Shown here piece after piece: positions 25,351-38,479 of a stretch of DNA of 64,000 nucleotides (positions are counted from its first letter, which is position 1; every line of letters begins with the position of its first letter). The DNA is from Eledone cirrhosa. Its lineage: Eukaryota. The stretch spans positions 40,858,001 to 40,922,000 of the forward strand of contig OZ024756.1 of assembly GCA_964016885.1 (NCBI GenBank), given 5' to 3'. Below the pieces are notes generated by a model, which worked only from the letters and a program-made list of their open reading frames with translations, searched no databases and was not told the DNA's origin. The position numbers were made by a program, and so were the translations under genes.

Positions 25351-25884
25351 AGAACATTTGAGTTGATTTTATAATATTTGCCATTACAACTGTTGTTGTT
25401 GTGGCGGTGGTTTATTCAAGAGTGAATATAATTCTCAGGAAACACTGAATTGATTCTCTCAACCTTAATTCTAGATTCCTAGGAAGTGTTGTATATTCAC
25501 TAAAACACACAAACTATTATGTTTTTATGAATGAAACATAAGGTCGCAGTGATAGTATGGCTTGAAATTTTCTAGTGAAAACACTTAAATAAACATCTGA
25601 TATACACCTGAAGGAACTGTATATATGGAATTAGGACTAAAATATGGGAAGGAGGAAGCTGCTCTATCTTTGTATCCCTTTCCTATTTCTAAAATGGTTG
25701 GAATGGTACTAGAAATGTTGGTATTTATATATGACTTGTGAAAGGAAGTGTTTTGTACTGAGGTATGTCTGCTCCTTTTTACTACTCAACAAACAATACT
25801 TTGTTACTTGGAATCATGAGAAGTAGACACATCAATATATTCTCTGCTGGAATGAGTGCTTTACCTTATCTAGTTCAGTGCCAC

Positions 25885-26028
25885 ATTGTTCTGCGTTCAA
25901 ATCCCCCTAGGCCAATTTCACTTCTGAGGCCATTAAAATAAACTACCAGTCAAGTACTGCAGTTGATATAATCGATTGTCCCTTTCCCCCAAAATTGCTG
26001 GCCTTATGCCCAAATCAGAAACCATTAT
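25885..26028 (+). mobile_element. Degenerate SINE (family of 5117)
   Basis: gttcaaatcc...taccagtcaagtactg...aattgctggccttatgccc. Confidence 0.7.
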
Positions 26029-26490
26029 TCTAGATATAATAAGCTGGCTCTGAATGAATAAACCGATTAAAGGCACCTTTCCTGTGTGGCCTCATAACAC
26101 ACCAATCTGTCTAACCTATGCAAGCATGGAAAATAGACGATAAACAGTGATGATGATTTAATGAAACTTAATAACTCATAATGAAAACTAATGTTTCTTT
26201 TAGCTGCCAATTAAATTATTTAAATTTGAGATTCATATTTACAGTTGGTGAGGTCAGTAGCCCAACAAGAATTTGACCGAGCAGAATATATTTAAGCAAT
26301 ATTTAAGCACAAAGTTTAAGTTTATGTCAGTAACTTTGTAAAATATCTTTATGCTATAAACATTTGCAGTTTATAGCACAAAGTGTCAGTTGGTGAATAT
26401 TTATTTGTTTAATAAATTTAATTGTTTGTATCGAGCTAGTAAACCAGGATAGACTAGAGAGGAGGAGGTATCTTATACCCTTTACAATTA

Positions 26491-26744
<254 letters not shown>

Positions 26745-28194
26745 AAAATATGCTTGAATGTTTTTTAGTTGGATAGTTTATACAAAGCAATCTAAAGACA
26801 TCTGACCTTACTAATTAATAACTTCCACAATATTAAGACTAGTATTTCAGTTTTATTATATCAACATCATGAGATCTTTGTAGAGGAAACATGGTTAATG
26901 TGGGAACATGGTTAATGTACAAACATTTCATAGTTCTACTCCATCTTCATATCTGTGTAGTAGTTGTGGAGAAAATATTTGGAAAAGCTTATGCATATTT
27001 TATAAGTTATTTCTGATAGTCTCAAAATATTCTGGAATACAGGATTTCCTTATCATGATATACAATAACTGATAAATTTGAAACTGATGCTACGAATAGT
27101 AAAATTGGATTTCAAGAAATATAAACCAAATCTCTGTACAGTTGGGAGTGATATTTTTCTTTCTTTTTCTTTTCTTTTTTTTTCAATACACATTGGTGTA
27201 AATAATGTCTTGCTAACAATTTTAAGTTTGTCGTTTTGTATCATTTCTGACTTGCATTTTCTCTTTAATATTTGATGAGACAACACAGAGAATCATTTTA
27301 AATCAAATCATAACATCTGAAAGTGTTTAACAAATACTTTTAAATTGAGTTATCTCAGGAAATCATGTAATGTATTTTTATAACTCTTCTTGCAAATATT
27401 TTCATGGAAGTGCTTAAAGTATGAACCATTTTAAAGTGATTTCAAATGATCAATATCTTAGTAAACTGCTTATGTAATATAGAGATTAAATTAGATTATA
27501 GTGTTCCTACAGAAACAGAGAAATAAAGAGAATATTTTAAGAACTAAGTTTCATGATTCTTTGTCCAAATTCTATCAATTCTCTACTTTTGAAGAAGCCA
27601 GTAGCCATAATATAGTGAAGTACAACAGACAAGTTATTCCAGTTCCTCTTTTTGAAGAACCTTAGGCTTCATTGCCCATAGAATGGAGTAAAAATAATTT
27701 AAATCATCATCACCATTATCATCATCATGCTTGCATATAGAAATAAATATTAATCCATAACAATTACATGAACCTCAAATATATAAGATAGTAATTTAGG
27801 TTAATAAGATCTGCAACATGTGTTGTATATTTTGACAAAAAAGCAAACAAAAGAAAATTACAATAAAATCCAATAATAATAATAGAGTTATAAAATAGAA
27901 AGTTTTCAGAATGTCTTCTCCTATATTGATATGTTGGTAAGTTATAGATGTTTTCCTTAAATAAATAGAAAAAGCATTTATTGTTGGACGTGTTTATTAA
28001 GTGTCTATTTAGAGAGTGAAAACAGTTATAAATGGAATGGTTTGCCATAGTTAGTGCCTGCCAGTCTCCATCATTCTATTTTATATATTGTATAAATCAT
28101 GTCAACTACAAATAACTTAGAAATTTTTTACAATCAACATTTTGTCATAAATCCAATGAAAAGAGGAAATAATTGTGTATTTTCTAAACTGTTT

Positions 28195-29647
28195 CTTAAC
28201 CCTTTCATTACCATATTTCTAAAGAAAGACACTGTCTATATCATTAACCCTTTCATTTCCATATTTTTAATGAAAGACACTGTCTATGTCTTTAACGCTT
28301 TCATTACCATATTTCTAATGAAAGACAGTGTCTATGTCATTAACCCTTTCATTACCATATTTCTAATGAAAGACACTGTCTATGTCTTTAATCCTTTCAT
28401 TATAATATTTCTAATGAAAGACACTGTCTATGTCATTAACCCTTTCATTACCATATTTCTAATGAAAGACACTGTCTATGTCTTTAACCCTTTCATTACC
28501 ATATTTCTAATGAAAGACACTGTCTATGTCATTAACCCTTTCATTGTCATATTTCTAATGAAAGACAGTGTCTATGTCATTAACCCTTTCATTACCATAT
28601 TTCTAATGAAAGACACTGTCTATGTCTTTAATCCTTTCATTATAATATTTCTAATGAAAGACACTTTCTATGTCATTAACCTTTTCATTGTCATATTTCT
28701 AATGAAAGACACTGTCTATGTCATTAACCCTTTTGTTACCATATTTCTAATGAAAGACACTGTCTGTCTTTAACCCTATCATTACCATATTTCTAATGAA
28801 AGACACTGTCTATGTCTTTAACCCTATCATTACCATATTTCTAATGAAAGACACTGTCTATGTCTTTAACCCTATCATTACCATATTTCTAATGAAAGAC
28901 ACTGTCTATGTCTTTAACCCTATCATTACCATATTTCTAATGAAAGACACTGTCTATGTCTTTAACCCTATCATTACCATATTTCTAATGAAAGACACTG
29001 TCTATGTCTTTAACCCTATCATTACCATATTTCTAATGAAAGACACTGTCTATGTCTTTAACCCTATCATTACCATATTTCTAATGAAAGACACTGTCTA
29101 TGTCATTAACCCTATCATTACCATATTTCTAATGGAAGACACTGTCTATGTCATTAACCCTATCATTACCATATTTCTAATGAAAGACACTGTCTATGTC
29201 TTTAACCCTATCATTACCATATTTCTAATGAAAGACACTGTCTATGTCATTAACCCTATCATTACCATATTTCTAATGAAAGACACTGTCTATGTCATTA
29301 ACCCTATCATTACCATATTTCTAATGGAAGACACTACCTATGTCATTAACCCTTTCATTACCATATTTCTAATGGAAGACACTATCTATGTCTTTAACCC
29401 TATCATTACCATATTTCTAATGAAAGACACTGTCTATGTCATTAACCCTATCATTACCATATTTCTAATGAAAGACACTGTCTATGTCATTAACCCTATC
29501 ATTACCATATTTCTAATGGAAGACACTACCTATGTCATTAACCCTTTCATTGTCATATTTCTAATGAAAGACACTACTTATGTCATTAACCCTTTCATTA
29601 ACATATTTCTAATGAAAGACACTGTCTATGTCTTTAACCCTTTCATA
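28195..29647. repeat. Minisatellite, 48-bp unit, about 30 copies
   Basis: Unit ttaaccct(t/a)tcattaccatatttctaatgaaagacactgtctatgtc(a/t); 16-aa periodicity. Confidence 0.97.
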
Positions 29648-29922
29648 TATTAAAAGAGATATAAAAAACTTCAAGTTAAGATAAAAGACAGCCTTGCCTT
29701 CCTCCCCTCCCCTCTACCATCCAACCCTCCTCCTGTCTCTCCCTGCCCCATGGGTCTCATAAGCTAACCAGCTTCACATGAAATAATATATATGTTGAAA
29801 GTTAACAATGGAAGAGAAAGACTACAACAAGTTGGAAAGAGGAGTGGGTGAGGTGGGGAGGTATAATAATTCCACAGATGTAATGAAAACAATGTTTGGA
29901 ATGTGACATTGTTAGAAGATAT

Positions 29923-29992
<70 letters not shown>

Positions 29993-30187
29993 GTGTCATT
30001 TAGCTCAATAGTTTAATGGTTTAAAGAGATACAGCTGTTAGCCACTTTTTTCTGTCTATAGGGGATTTTACCCAATTTTCTAAGCTATTATTTATAGCTG
30101 TCATGGGTAAATTGGAGCCCGTTTGGCTTCCTGAATTGGCATGCCTAATTTCAAAATTGCCTTGAATATTTTTAGTAGTGCAGTCTG

Positions 30188-31050
30188 CCTTATGATGAGA
30201 CACATCCCATGTGGTCCACTTTATGATGAGACACATCCCATGTGGTCCACCTTATGATGAGACACATCCCATGTGGTCCACCTTATGATGAGACACATCC
30301 CATGTGGTCCACCTTATGATGAGACACATCCTATGTGGTCCACCTTATGATGAGACACATCCTATGTGGTCCACCTTATGATGAACTACATCCCATGTGG
30401 TCCACCTTATGATGAACTACATCCCATGTGGTCCACCTTATGATGAACTACATCCCATGTGGTCCACCTTATGATGAACTACATCCCATGTGGTCCACCT
30501 TATGATGAGAGACATCCTATGTGGTCCACCTTATGATGAACTACATCCCATGTGGTCCACCTTATGATGAACTACATCCCATGTGGTCCACCTTATGATG
30601 AACTACATCCCATGTGGTCTACCTTATGATGAACTACATCCCATGTGGTCCACCTTATGATGAGAGACATCCTATGTGGTCCACCTTATGATGAACTACA
30701 CCCCATGTGGTCCACCTTATGATGAACTACACCCCATGTGGTCCACCTTATGATGAACTACATCCTATGTGGTCCACCTTATGATGAACTACACCCCATG
30801 TGGTCCACCTTATGATGAACTACACCCCATGTGGTCCACCTTATGATGAACTACACCCCATGTGGTCCACCTTATGATGAACTACACCCCATGTGGTCCA
30901 CCTTATGATGAACTACACCCCATGTGGTCCACCTTATGATGAACTACACCCCATGTGGTCCACCTTATGATGAACTACACCCCATGTGGTCCACCTTATG
31001 ATGAACTACACCCCATGTGGTCCACCTTATGATGAACTACACCCCATGTG
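30188..31050. repeat. Minisatellite, 31-bp unit, about 28 copies, with polarised variants
   Basis: Unit ccttatgatgaactacatcccatgtggtcca; gagacacat, gaactacat and gaactacac variants replace each other from left to right. Confidence 0.97.
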
Positions 31051-31611
31051 GCTAACTGCTTGAAAAATGTGGCCCATGCCTGATTTATAGTTATCTACTG
31101 TGTTTACAATTTCTAAGAATACATATATATATAATGTATGTATATATATAATGTATGTATATATATAATGTATGTATATATATATATAATGTATGTATAT
31201 ATATATATAATCTATGTATATATATAATCTATGTATATATATAATGTATGTATATATATAATGAATGTATATATATATATAATGTATGTATATATAATGT
31301 ATACATATAGTGTAGGTGATTTGGTGAATTACTGGTGGTGCTCCCAAAACAAGTACTCAATGCACAGGCAGAGTGTATATATTAAAAAAACAATGAACTT
31401 TCATTTATATGTATTTAGATTTTTATTGTGTATTGACCAGAATATATAATGTATGTATAATATATAATATATATATAGATGTATGAGTCTCTCTATATAT
31501 ATGTATGTATATATCCACACCAAATCTATAAGAAGTGACTAATAACTGACTTCTAAGCAATATAGTGATGTACAACAACAACAACAACAAATGATCCATA
31601 ATGATAAATAA

Positions 31612-31800
31612 TTGTTTCTACTTTTGGCACAAGGCCAGAAATTATCCCAGTGTATTACTGGTACTTTATTTTATCGACCCCATAAGGATGAAAGGCAAAG
31701 TTAACCTCGGTGGGATTTGAACTCAGAATAGCAAGGGCCGTAACTCTATGCGTCAAAGCATGGCGTCCGACCTTCTACCAATACTGCCAATCCAGTACCC
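31612..31800 (-). mobile_element. Full-length tRNA-derived SINE (young subfamily)
   Basis: Near reverse complement of 5117-5308. Confidence 0.9.
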
Positions 31801-32534
31801 ATAATGATATATAATATCATTACAAAACAATAACTCAATATAATAAATATATTTGTGTATATTTCTGCTATCAGAAATACCACAGCCCCTACACTTCTTG
31901 TATTTCCATTGTATACTACATATCTATGGAAATGTACAGTCTAAAGTGTACTTGCATTTCAGGCTCTTTAATGCTAATTACTCCTTTGATATTTGCTATG
32001 TTGACCTTTTAATTCTCTGGGATTCTAGATTATTCTTTGGGTCTTTTCCCTTCAACTCTTCAATAGAATCTACACAGAAAACCAAGTCATCATCATACAC
32101 AACTTACTCTATTCTTCTATTTCTCAACTAATCTTTTATTACATATCTATAGTCTTTTTCAATGAAGCTTTAATATTATTTATTTGAAAAAAAGGAACCT
32201 ATATCTTATGATAATACTTCACAAACTCCTGCCAACACTATTATTATCTGCTTCACATACATTCACAGTTAGAGCTTGTATTTGGTGAATTAAGACTTAA
32301 TCCATGTTGCTGGTATATGTATGTACATTTTACTTGTATATCACAAATGAGATTATTGTAGGGTTTATAATAAAAAGGATAATTTGTTAGGTCTTCATTA
32401 TGTTTATTGAGTATGATGACCGTTTCGCTATTAATCAGCTCACTGTTCAATCTGTATCGATCTAGCTCAACCCTGGAATCGAAAGCTCGTTGAGTGCTCA
32501 CTCTAGTGAACCTACAGCAACTGGACGTTACATT

Positions 32535-32634
<100 letters not shown>

Positions 32635-33251
32635 TTATGTTTATAGACGTGTTCATCTGACTGTTCTGATCTCAGAAAATGACAACCCATCTAACCCATG
32701 CAAGCATGGAAAACAGACATGAAATGGTGATGATGATGATAGCCAATAAAAATATTTAGATGCTTTCAAAGTTGGTAGAATATATTACCATACTCACATA
32801 CTACAAACACATGCATATTTACACACATACAAACACACATACTTACACATATACACACATATACATACACACGTGCATGTATGCACATTGTCATGCACAT
32901 AGTTTTAGTGTGCTCCAAATCTTAGGTTTGTGTAGTGTCTACCAATTGTGACAGCCATATCACTGAGGGAACCTCTTGCCAGTCATACTATTATATAAAT
33001 ATATACACACACTCCTGAAATGATTGCTATGACATGTTGCTGCTAGTCAACCAAATATTTAAAAGCAACAACAAAAGCTGTATTAGGAACAACAACAGAA
33101 CTACTTGCTAAAATGTCAAAGACACACTTAATCAAATAAATGTTTTTCAAAATAAATTTGTTAGAAAAGCCAGTGTAAAATGAAATTATTATATTCACAG
33201 ATAGATGGATAGATAGATAGAGATAGATAAATAGATAGATAGATATATAGA

Positions 33252-33327
<76 letters not shown>

Positions 33328-33607
33328 CTATTGAATTTGGCACACACAGAAAACGGAGAGATCAAACAAAAAATAAGCAATTAAATGAGTATTAGTGATT
33401 TAGCTATTATTTCAAAGCAATGGTTGATTAACTGTGTAGAATAAAAGTTTGCTTGTCAAAAGCTTTACAAGCGGAGATTAATATTTGAAGCAGATTGTTA
33501 TGCTTTCTTTAAAAAAGACACACACGCTAAGAAAAACACTTGAAGAAGCAGTTGGGTGTGAGAAGGCTGTGAGAAAACTGGAGCTGAAGCATGGGATCAC
33601 ACTTTAC

Positions 33608-33685
33608 CTTCATTGTCTTTATCTTTTTACGTGTAAGGTGACCTCGAATGCCAGCTTGAATCTTGGTAGCTGCAGTTGTTTTCAT
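33608..33685 (-). CDS. 78-nt phase-0 exon encoding one IQ motif (MKTTAATKIQAGIRGHLTRKKIKTMK)
   Basis: gatattgcttag|ATGAAAACAACTGCAGCTACCAAGATTCAAGCTGGCATTCGAGGTCAC...ATGAAG|gtaaag; the AATKIQAxxRG motif is of the same type as in the 8973-9461 exon. Confidence 0.9.
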
Positions 33686-34544
33686 CTAAGCAATATCAGG
33701 GTAATGTGAGTAAATTTGAAAATACTTTCATTGTTGGTGTTTTTTTTTAAAAACAAAACATCTTTAATAATAGATAGTTATGAAATAATAGAAAGTTTGA
33801 GATAGGAATAAAAAACAAAATGAGTAAAGAAATATTTTTGCATTTATAAAACTTTGAAGTTCATTTTGACAACAAATGGGACAAAAAGAAAAGGAAAAAA
33901 GACAAAAATAATATATTAAAAGCTAAATGTCACCATAAACATAATGATTTATAAATTATGTAATTATAGTACCTGAAGGAAAAAAAAAACAGAAAAAATA
34001 CAAGTATATTTCATCTGAATGATAATATACAGTACGTGGCATTCCTTCATTCAAAGTAATAAATGTTATTTCAGAATATAAAAAACAATTATTTTGTAGA
34101 AAGAGATTGAGAAAATGTTGATGACTTCAGAGGCAGCAGAGAAATATTTGCAGAGAGAAATATAAAAATAAGTTTTGTCTTTGATGGTGAAAACTTTTAC
34201 AAATAAAACAGTTTTACAGTCATTGACATCTGAAATATTGATATATTGGAAACAATGGATCAAATAACATTGATCAGTAGTTGTACAAGACAGATTGTAT
34301 TGGAACTAGAATGTTAGACTCTCAAATCTATAAACCATCTTTAGAATGTTCATCATCATCAGCAGCAGCATTTAATGTCCATTTTCCCAGTTAGACTACT
34401 TGTCCTGTTGTGAGACAAGTCAGATCAGGTGACCATGTCTAGCTCATACAAAACTGTTTTGTAGTGGCTAATGAATAACAATATACCACTAGATGCAACT
34501 CCCTCTCTTCAAAGCCATCCCCATGACCTGATGTTGCTTCATCT

Positions 34545-34936
34545 ATGGTGGTATGAGCACCCCCACCCCCACTCCTATCAATGCCTCTATAGTGATGGTG
34601 TTATGATAAAAAGGCACCTAACCTATTCTGTAAAGTGGTAGTGCTGGTGCCATGATCAAAAGCTTCCAGTCTGCACTGTAAGGCAGTGGTGCTGATGCCA
34701 CAAAAAAAAGCACCCTGTTCATTCTGTAAAGTGATAGTGCTAGAATCATGTTAAAATGTTCCCAGTCCACACTGGGAAGTGGTTGGTGTAAGGAAGAGCA
34801 TCCATCCATAGAAAATCAAGCCAAAACTGGAACATATGAGCCAGAGATGGTCACCTATCAAGTCTAGCCACAGAATGCAACAGCCTGTCTAACTCATGCA
34901 AGTATGGAAAATAAACATTAAAATGGCAATGATGAT
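34545..34936 (+). mobile_element. SINE-like element with internal repeats and GAT tail (family of 8250)
   Basis: Repeated ctgtaaagtggtagtgctggtgcc units, then ggttggtgtaaggaagagcatcc...ctaactcatgcaagtatggaaa. Confidence 0.7.
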
Positions 34937-34982
34937 ACCCTCACAGAGTAATATAATCCAACAGCAATGTAATAGATGAATT

Positions 34983-35328
34983 TGTAGCGACTAGCGCCAC
35001 CTTGACCGGGGAGAAAAAACTAATTGGAGTTACTTCCCCGTGGCCAGTATATAAGGGAGTGTTCTGATGTCACTTGACCTCTCTTGCTCACTTACTCTCT
35101 TTTGGCGGCACATCTCAAACTGGTCACATCCAGCGCAAGCATGCTAACCTTTTTCAACCATATCTTATAATTCAGGATTATACACCTTGTCATGCCACGA
35201 GGCACATTTGTTTACCACATATGTAATTCACGGACTACAATAAACACAAGTTATTTTGATACTCGTTTTGAGAAACTTATGCTTCAGTTATTACTTCAGA
35301 TGTAGTGAGAGATAATTCTCACACGGCA
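34983..35328 (+). mobile_element. Probable solo LTR
   Basis: Starts TGTAGCGACTAGCGCCACCT; TATATAAG at about 35048; AATAAA at about 35239; ends in CA near 35323-35328; CpG-richer than the flanks. No clean target-site duplication found. Confidence 0.5.
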
Positions 35329-35796
35329 TGAAATTGTATGAAAATTCTCCTATCTCTTATTTCTATTAAATTTAGTAGTTGGGTTCCGATGGTACTTACT
35401 GGAGTAAGTAACCCTGGGACTAACTCACTAAAAATTCAATATAACCATCTTCTCTATCAATTTGTTGATACAAAACAGTTTCCTTATAATAAACAAACTA
35501 CTAGGTGAGGGCAAAACAGTTGTATTAAATATATAAAGTTAAATAAAAAACTAAAATTGTTTCAAAGCCTGATTCAATATGAATGGAAGGTGTTGTTGAC
35601 TTCAATGCTTTCTCAGAGATAATTTGCTTAGCTGAATGCTATTCAATCTAAACTATGCTTCATTTTGTATAATTTTAAAGAGCTTATTTGAATGTTTTTC
35701 TGTTCTCTTTTTCCTAATCTATGTTATTTCCAGTGCAGTTAAATTGTTATGAATATTCTCTGCTCATATCCTCCATCTAAAATGCATAACTTACAA

Positions 35797-36115
35797 AGCA
35801 TGTGGCTTAGTGGTTAGGGTGTTCAACTCACAATCGTAAGATCATGAGTTTGATTCCCAAACTGAGTGGTACATTATATCCTTGAGCAAGATACTTTAGT
35901 CCACCCAGCTGGCAAAAGGTAAGCAGCATCTATAATTCAAAAAGTTATGCTTTGTTACACAATGTGTTACACTAAATCTCCCTGAGAACCATGATAAAGG
36001 GGTGCACGTGTCTGTGGAATGCTCAGCCACTAACACATTCATTTCACGAGCAGGCAGTTCTGTTGAATGAATCAACTGGAGCACTCATCGTAGGAAACAA
36101 TGGAGATCCAACAAC
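35797..36115 (+). mobile_element. Near full-length tRNA-derived SINE with CORE-like segment
   Basis: gtggcttagtggttagggtg (A box), gagtttgattccc (B box), tccttgagcaaga, body shared with 1-80, (caa)n tail. Confidence 0.85.
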
Positions 36116-36839
36116 AACAGTTGTATAATAAATATAGAAAGATGATGGAGGAAGCTCGAGGCATTTTAGTTATTTTGGAAAGAATAAACTAAATAAGTAA
36201 ATACATAAATAAAACACTCCGGTAGAATAAACAAAAACAGTAAAATCTACCAAACAGTAAAACAGCTGCCACAGAAGGAAGAAACTTATTAAAATATACT
36301 GAAAACTAAATAATGTTTTTCAGTTTTATTTTATTTTCTATGTATTTCATTGTATTTCATTTATTTTAAATAAGCATGTGTGTGTAAGTGCATGAATGTG
36401 TGTGAACGTGTGTGAGTGAGTGTGTAACTAAATGCAAACATATACATACACATACATACACGTTCAATTTTCTGTCAATTTGTAGTATCTGTACATCGGT
36501 TAACAAAATCTACATAAAAGCCGAGTTATTTCATGAATTAATACATCCATACATATTCACACATGTATGCCCCCCCCCCCCACATAAAAAGACATGCATA
36601 TACAAAAATATAGTTAATGTATACATACATACAGTATACATACATATTTGTTAATGTATACATACTCATTTATATATGTATGTATTCAAGTAAATATTTA
36701 GATAGCTACATAGGTGGTTTATCTATGTAAATTAGATGTTCCCATTCACTCATCCAATTTTGAGTATGGGCACTGGGTGAAGAGTGTTAGCATATTGGTA
36801 ATTTAACATCCTCATTCATCTAGATATAGATTTTTAAAG

Positions 36840-36883
<44 letters not shown>

Positions 36884-36923
36884 TTAAAACAATGAAATTA
36901 TGAAAATATATATATATATATAT

Positions 36924-37328
36924 ACGATATATTAACAGATGGAAACTATATTTATAAAACTATATTTATTTCATTATACATATTTCAAGGACACCAAGTT
37001 AAATTATGGTGTGCTTTCATCAGATAAAATATAATATAGATCAGTTTTATAAATAAATATTGACATACCCTTAAAGAACGCGACCATTTCTGTTGGAAGC
37101 TCCCGGATAGTGGGGTTATTAAATTTATTTAGTCTATTATGCAAATTAGTGTCGGATATGTTTAAATCACAGTAGATTTAAAATAATCCATTGGGGTATG
37201 GAAAAAGGGATAATTAATAATAAAGGGATGTTAATATATCGTATTTTTACTCCAATAATTTGTTGAGTGCTTTATATCAGTTATAAAAATATTTGCTTGT
37301 TGTATCCCAACAATTTAAATTGAACTTC
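36924..37328 (-). mobile_element. Small element with inverted 14-bp ends, HHR-like core and octamer; relative of the 6148-6608 element
   Basis: tacgatatattaac (36923) is inverted as gttaatatatcgta (37230). Minus-strand CTGATGA (37023-37017)-aagcacacca...tggtgtcctt-GAAA; ATGCAAAT at 37139-37146. Confidence 0.6.
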
Positions 37329-37499
37329 TATATATATATATATCAACCTCGAAAAGACAAGTTGACCGTGACTGGATTTGAACTCAGAGAGCCAGGGTTA
37401 ATACCACGAAACATTCTATCTAACGTTCTAACAACTCTACCAATTTGTTGCCATATTACAATCATTACTAATATACAATTTATTACCAACTGCCACAGA

Positions 37500-37910
37500 A
37501 TCATTATCATCATTCATCTTGATTTTTATATCACTGTGACTATGAGGACCAATACTATTAAATCTGACCACTTATTCTTATATCTTCTTTATCTGTCTAT
37601 GTGATAATTGTGTTCCATTGTCAGCACAAGACAATTTTTCACTCAACAGGTGTCACCCATTTTATTATATGTCCATAACAATAGCATTACCACTCCTACA
37701 CATCTTAGCCAATGCTTTTAATGACCATACACCTTCACAGTTTACTTTCATACAAGTTCATATTAAAACTCTAGTGGACCATACTTCTTACACATGATTA
37801 TACCATCTACATCTTCCACAGAGATACCTCAGTTAACACTTTCCTAAACTTTCCCTCTGTCTTACTTCATTTATGACACTTCACTCAGATATACCCCAAT
37901 ACTAACTCTC
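37500..37910 (-). mobile_element. Highly decayed RTE LINE fragment
   Basis: Remnants on the minus strand resemble the YLG and KFR segments and a GAT tail; frames are broken. Confidence 0.4.
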
Positions 37911-38479
37911 TTTCCTTCAGTAATAACTGGTATTTTTAAAGCCACTTGATATATCATGCAGTAGGTTTTGTCACCATTGCTAGCACTAAGTACACAGTAC
38001 TGTGTTACAGGGTTGATTTTATATGGTTAGAGGAACTAAAACAATGTATTTACCTATTTAAAACTTGTTTTCATACATAGTATATGTCCTAAATATTTGA
38101 AATGACTGCTTCCTAATTTTGCAGGAAATATTGGCTCCTATTAGATTACCAATGATTAGAAAGCCTAGAACCTGTTTAGTGGTGCCAAAGTGGGTAACCA
38201 GATCTAAGAATTACTTAGATTTAGTTGGCATTTACTTAGATAACTGAAAGGCCACACTAATTTACAAATATCTTAAACCCACCAGGAAGAGGCGTGCCTC
38301 TGACCTAAGAAGATTTAAAGATGTTTAAAACCATCTCCTAGAATAGCAAATGAATGAAATATAAAACACACACACACACGTGTGTGTTTTTTTTGGGGGG
38401 GGGGGGGGGTATTGAGAATGCAATTTCAATGTGAATTTATTTATTTTGCTATGATATTCTCTCCTATATATGCTGTTAG

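Noticed and set aside
32466-32494. ctcaac...GAAAGCTC-gttgag hairpin resembling an HHR
   Set aside because: The CUGANGA core and stem II are absent.
35797-35865. tRNA gene (also 12455 and 5117)
   Set aside because: A and B boxes run into SINE bodies and no complete cloverleaf can be formed.
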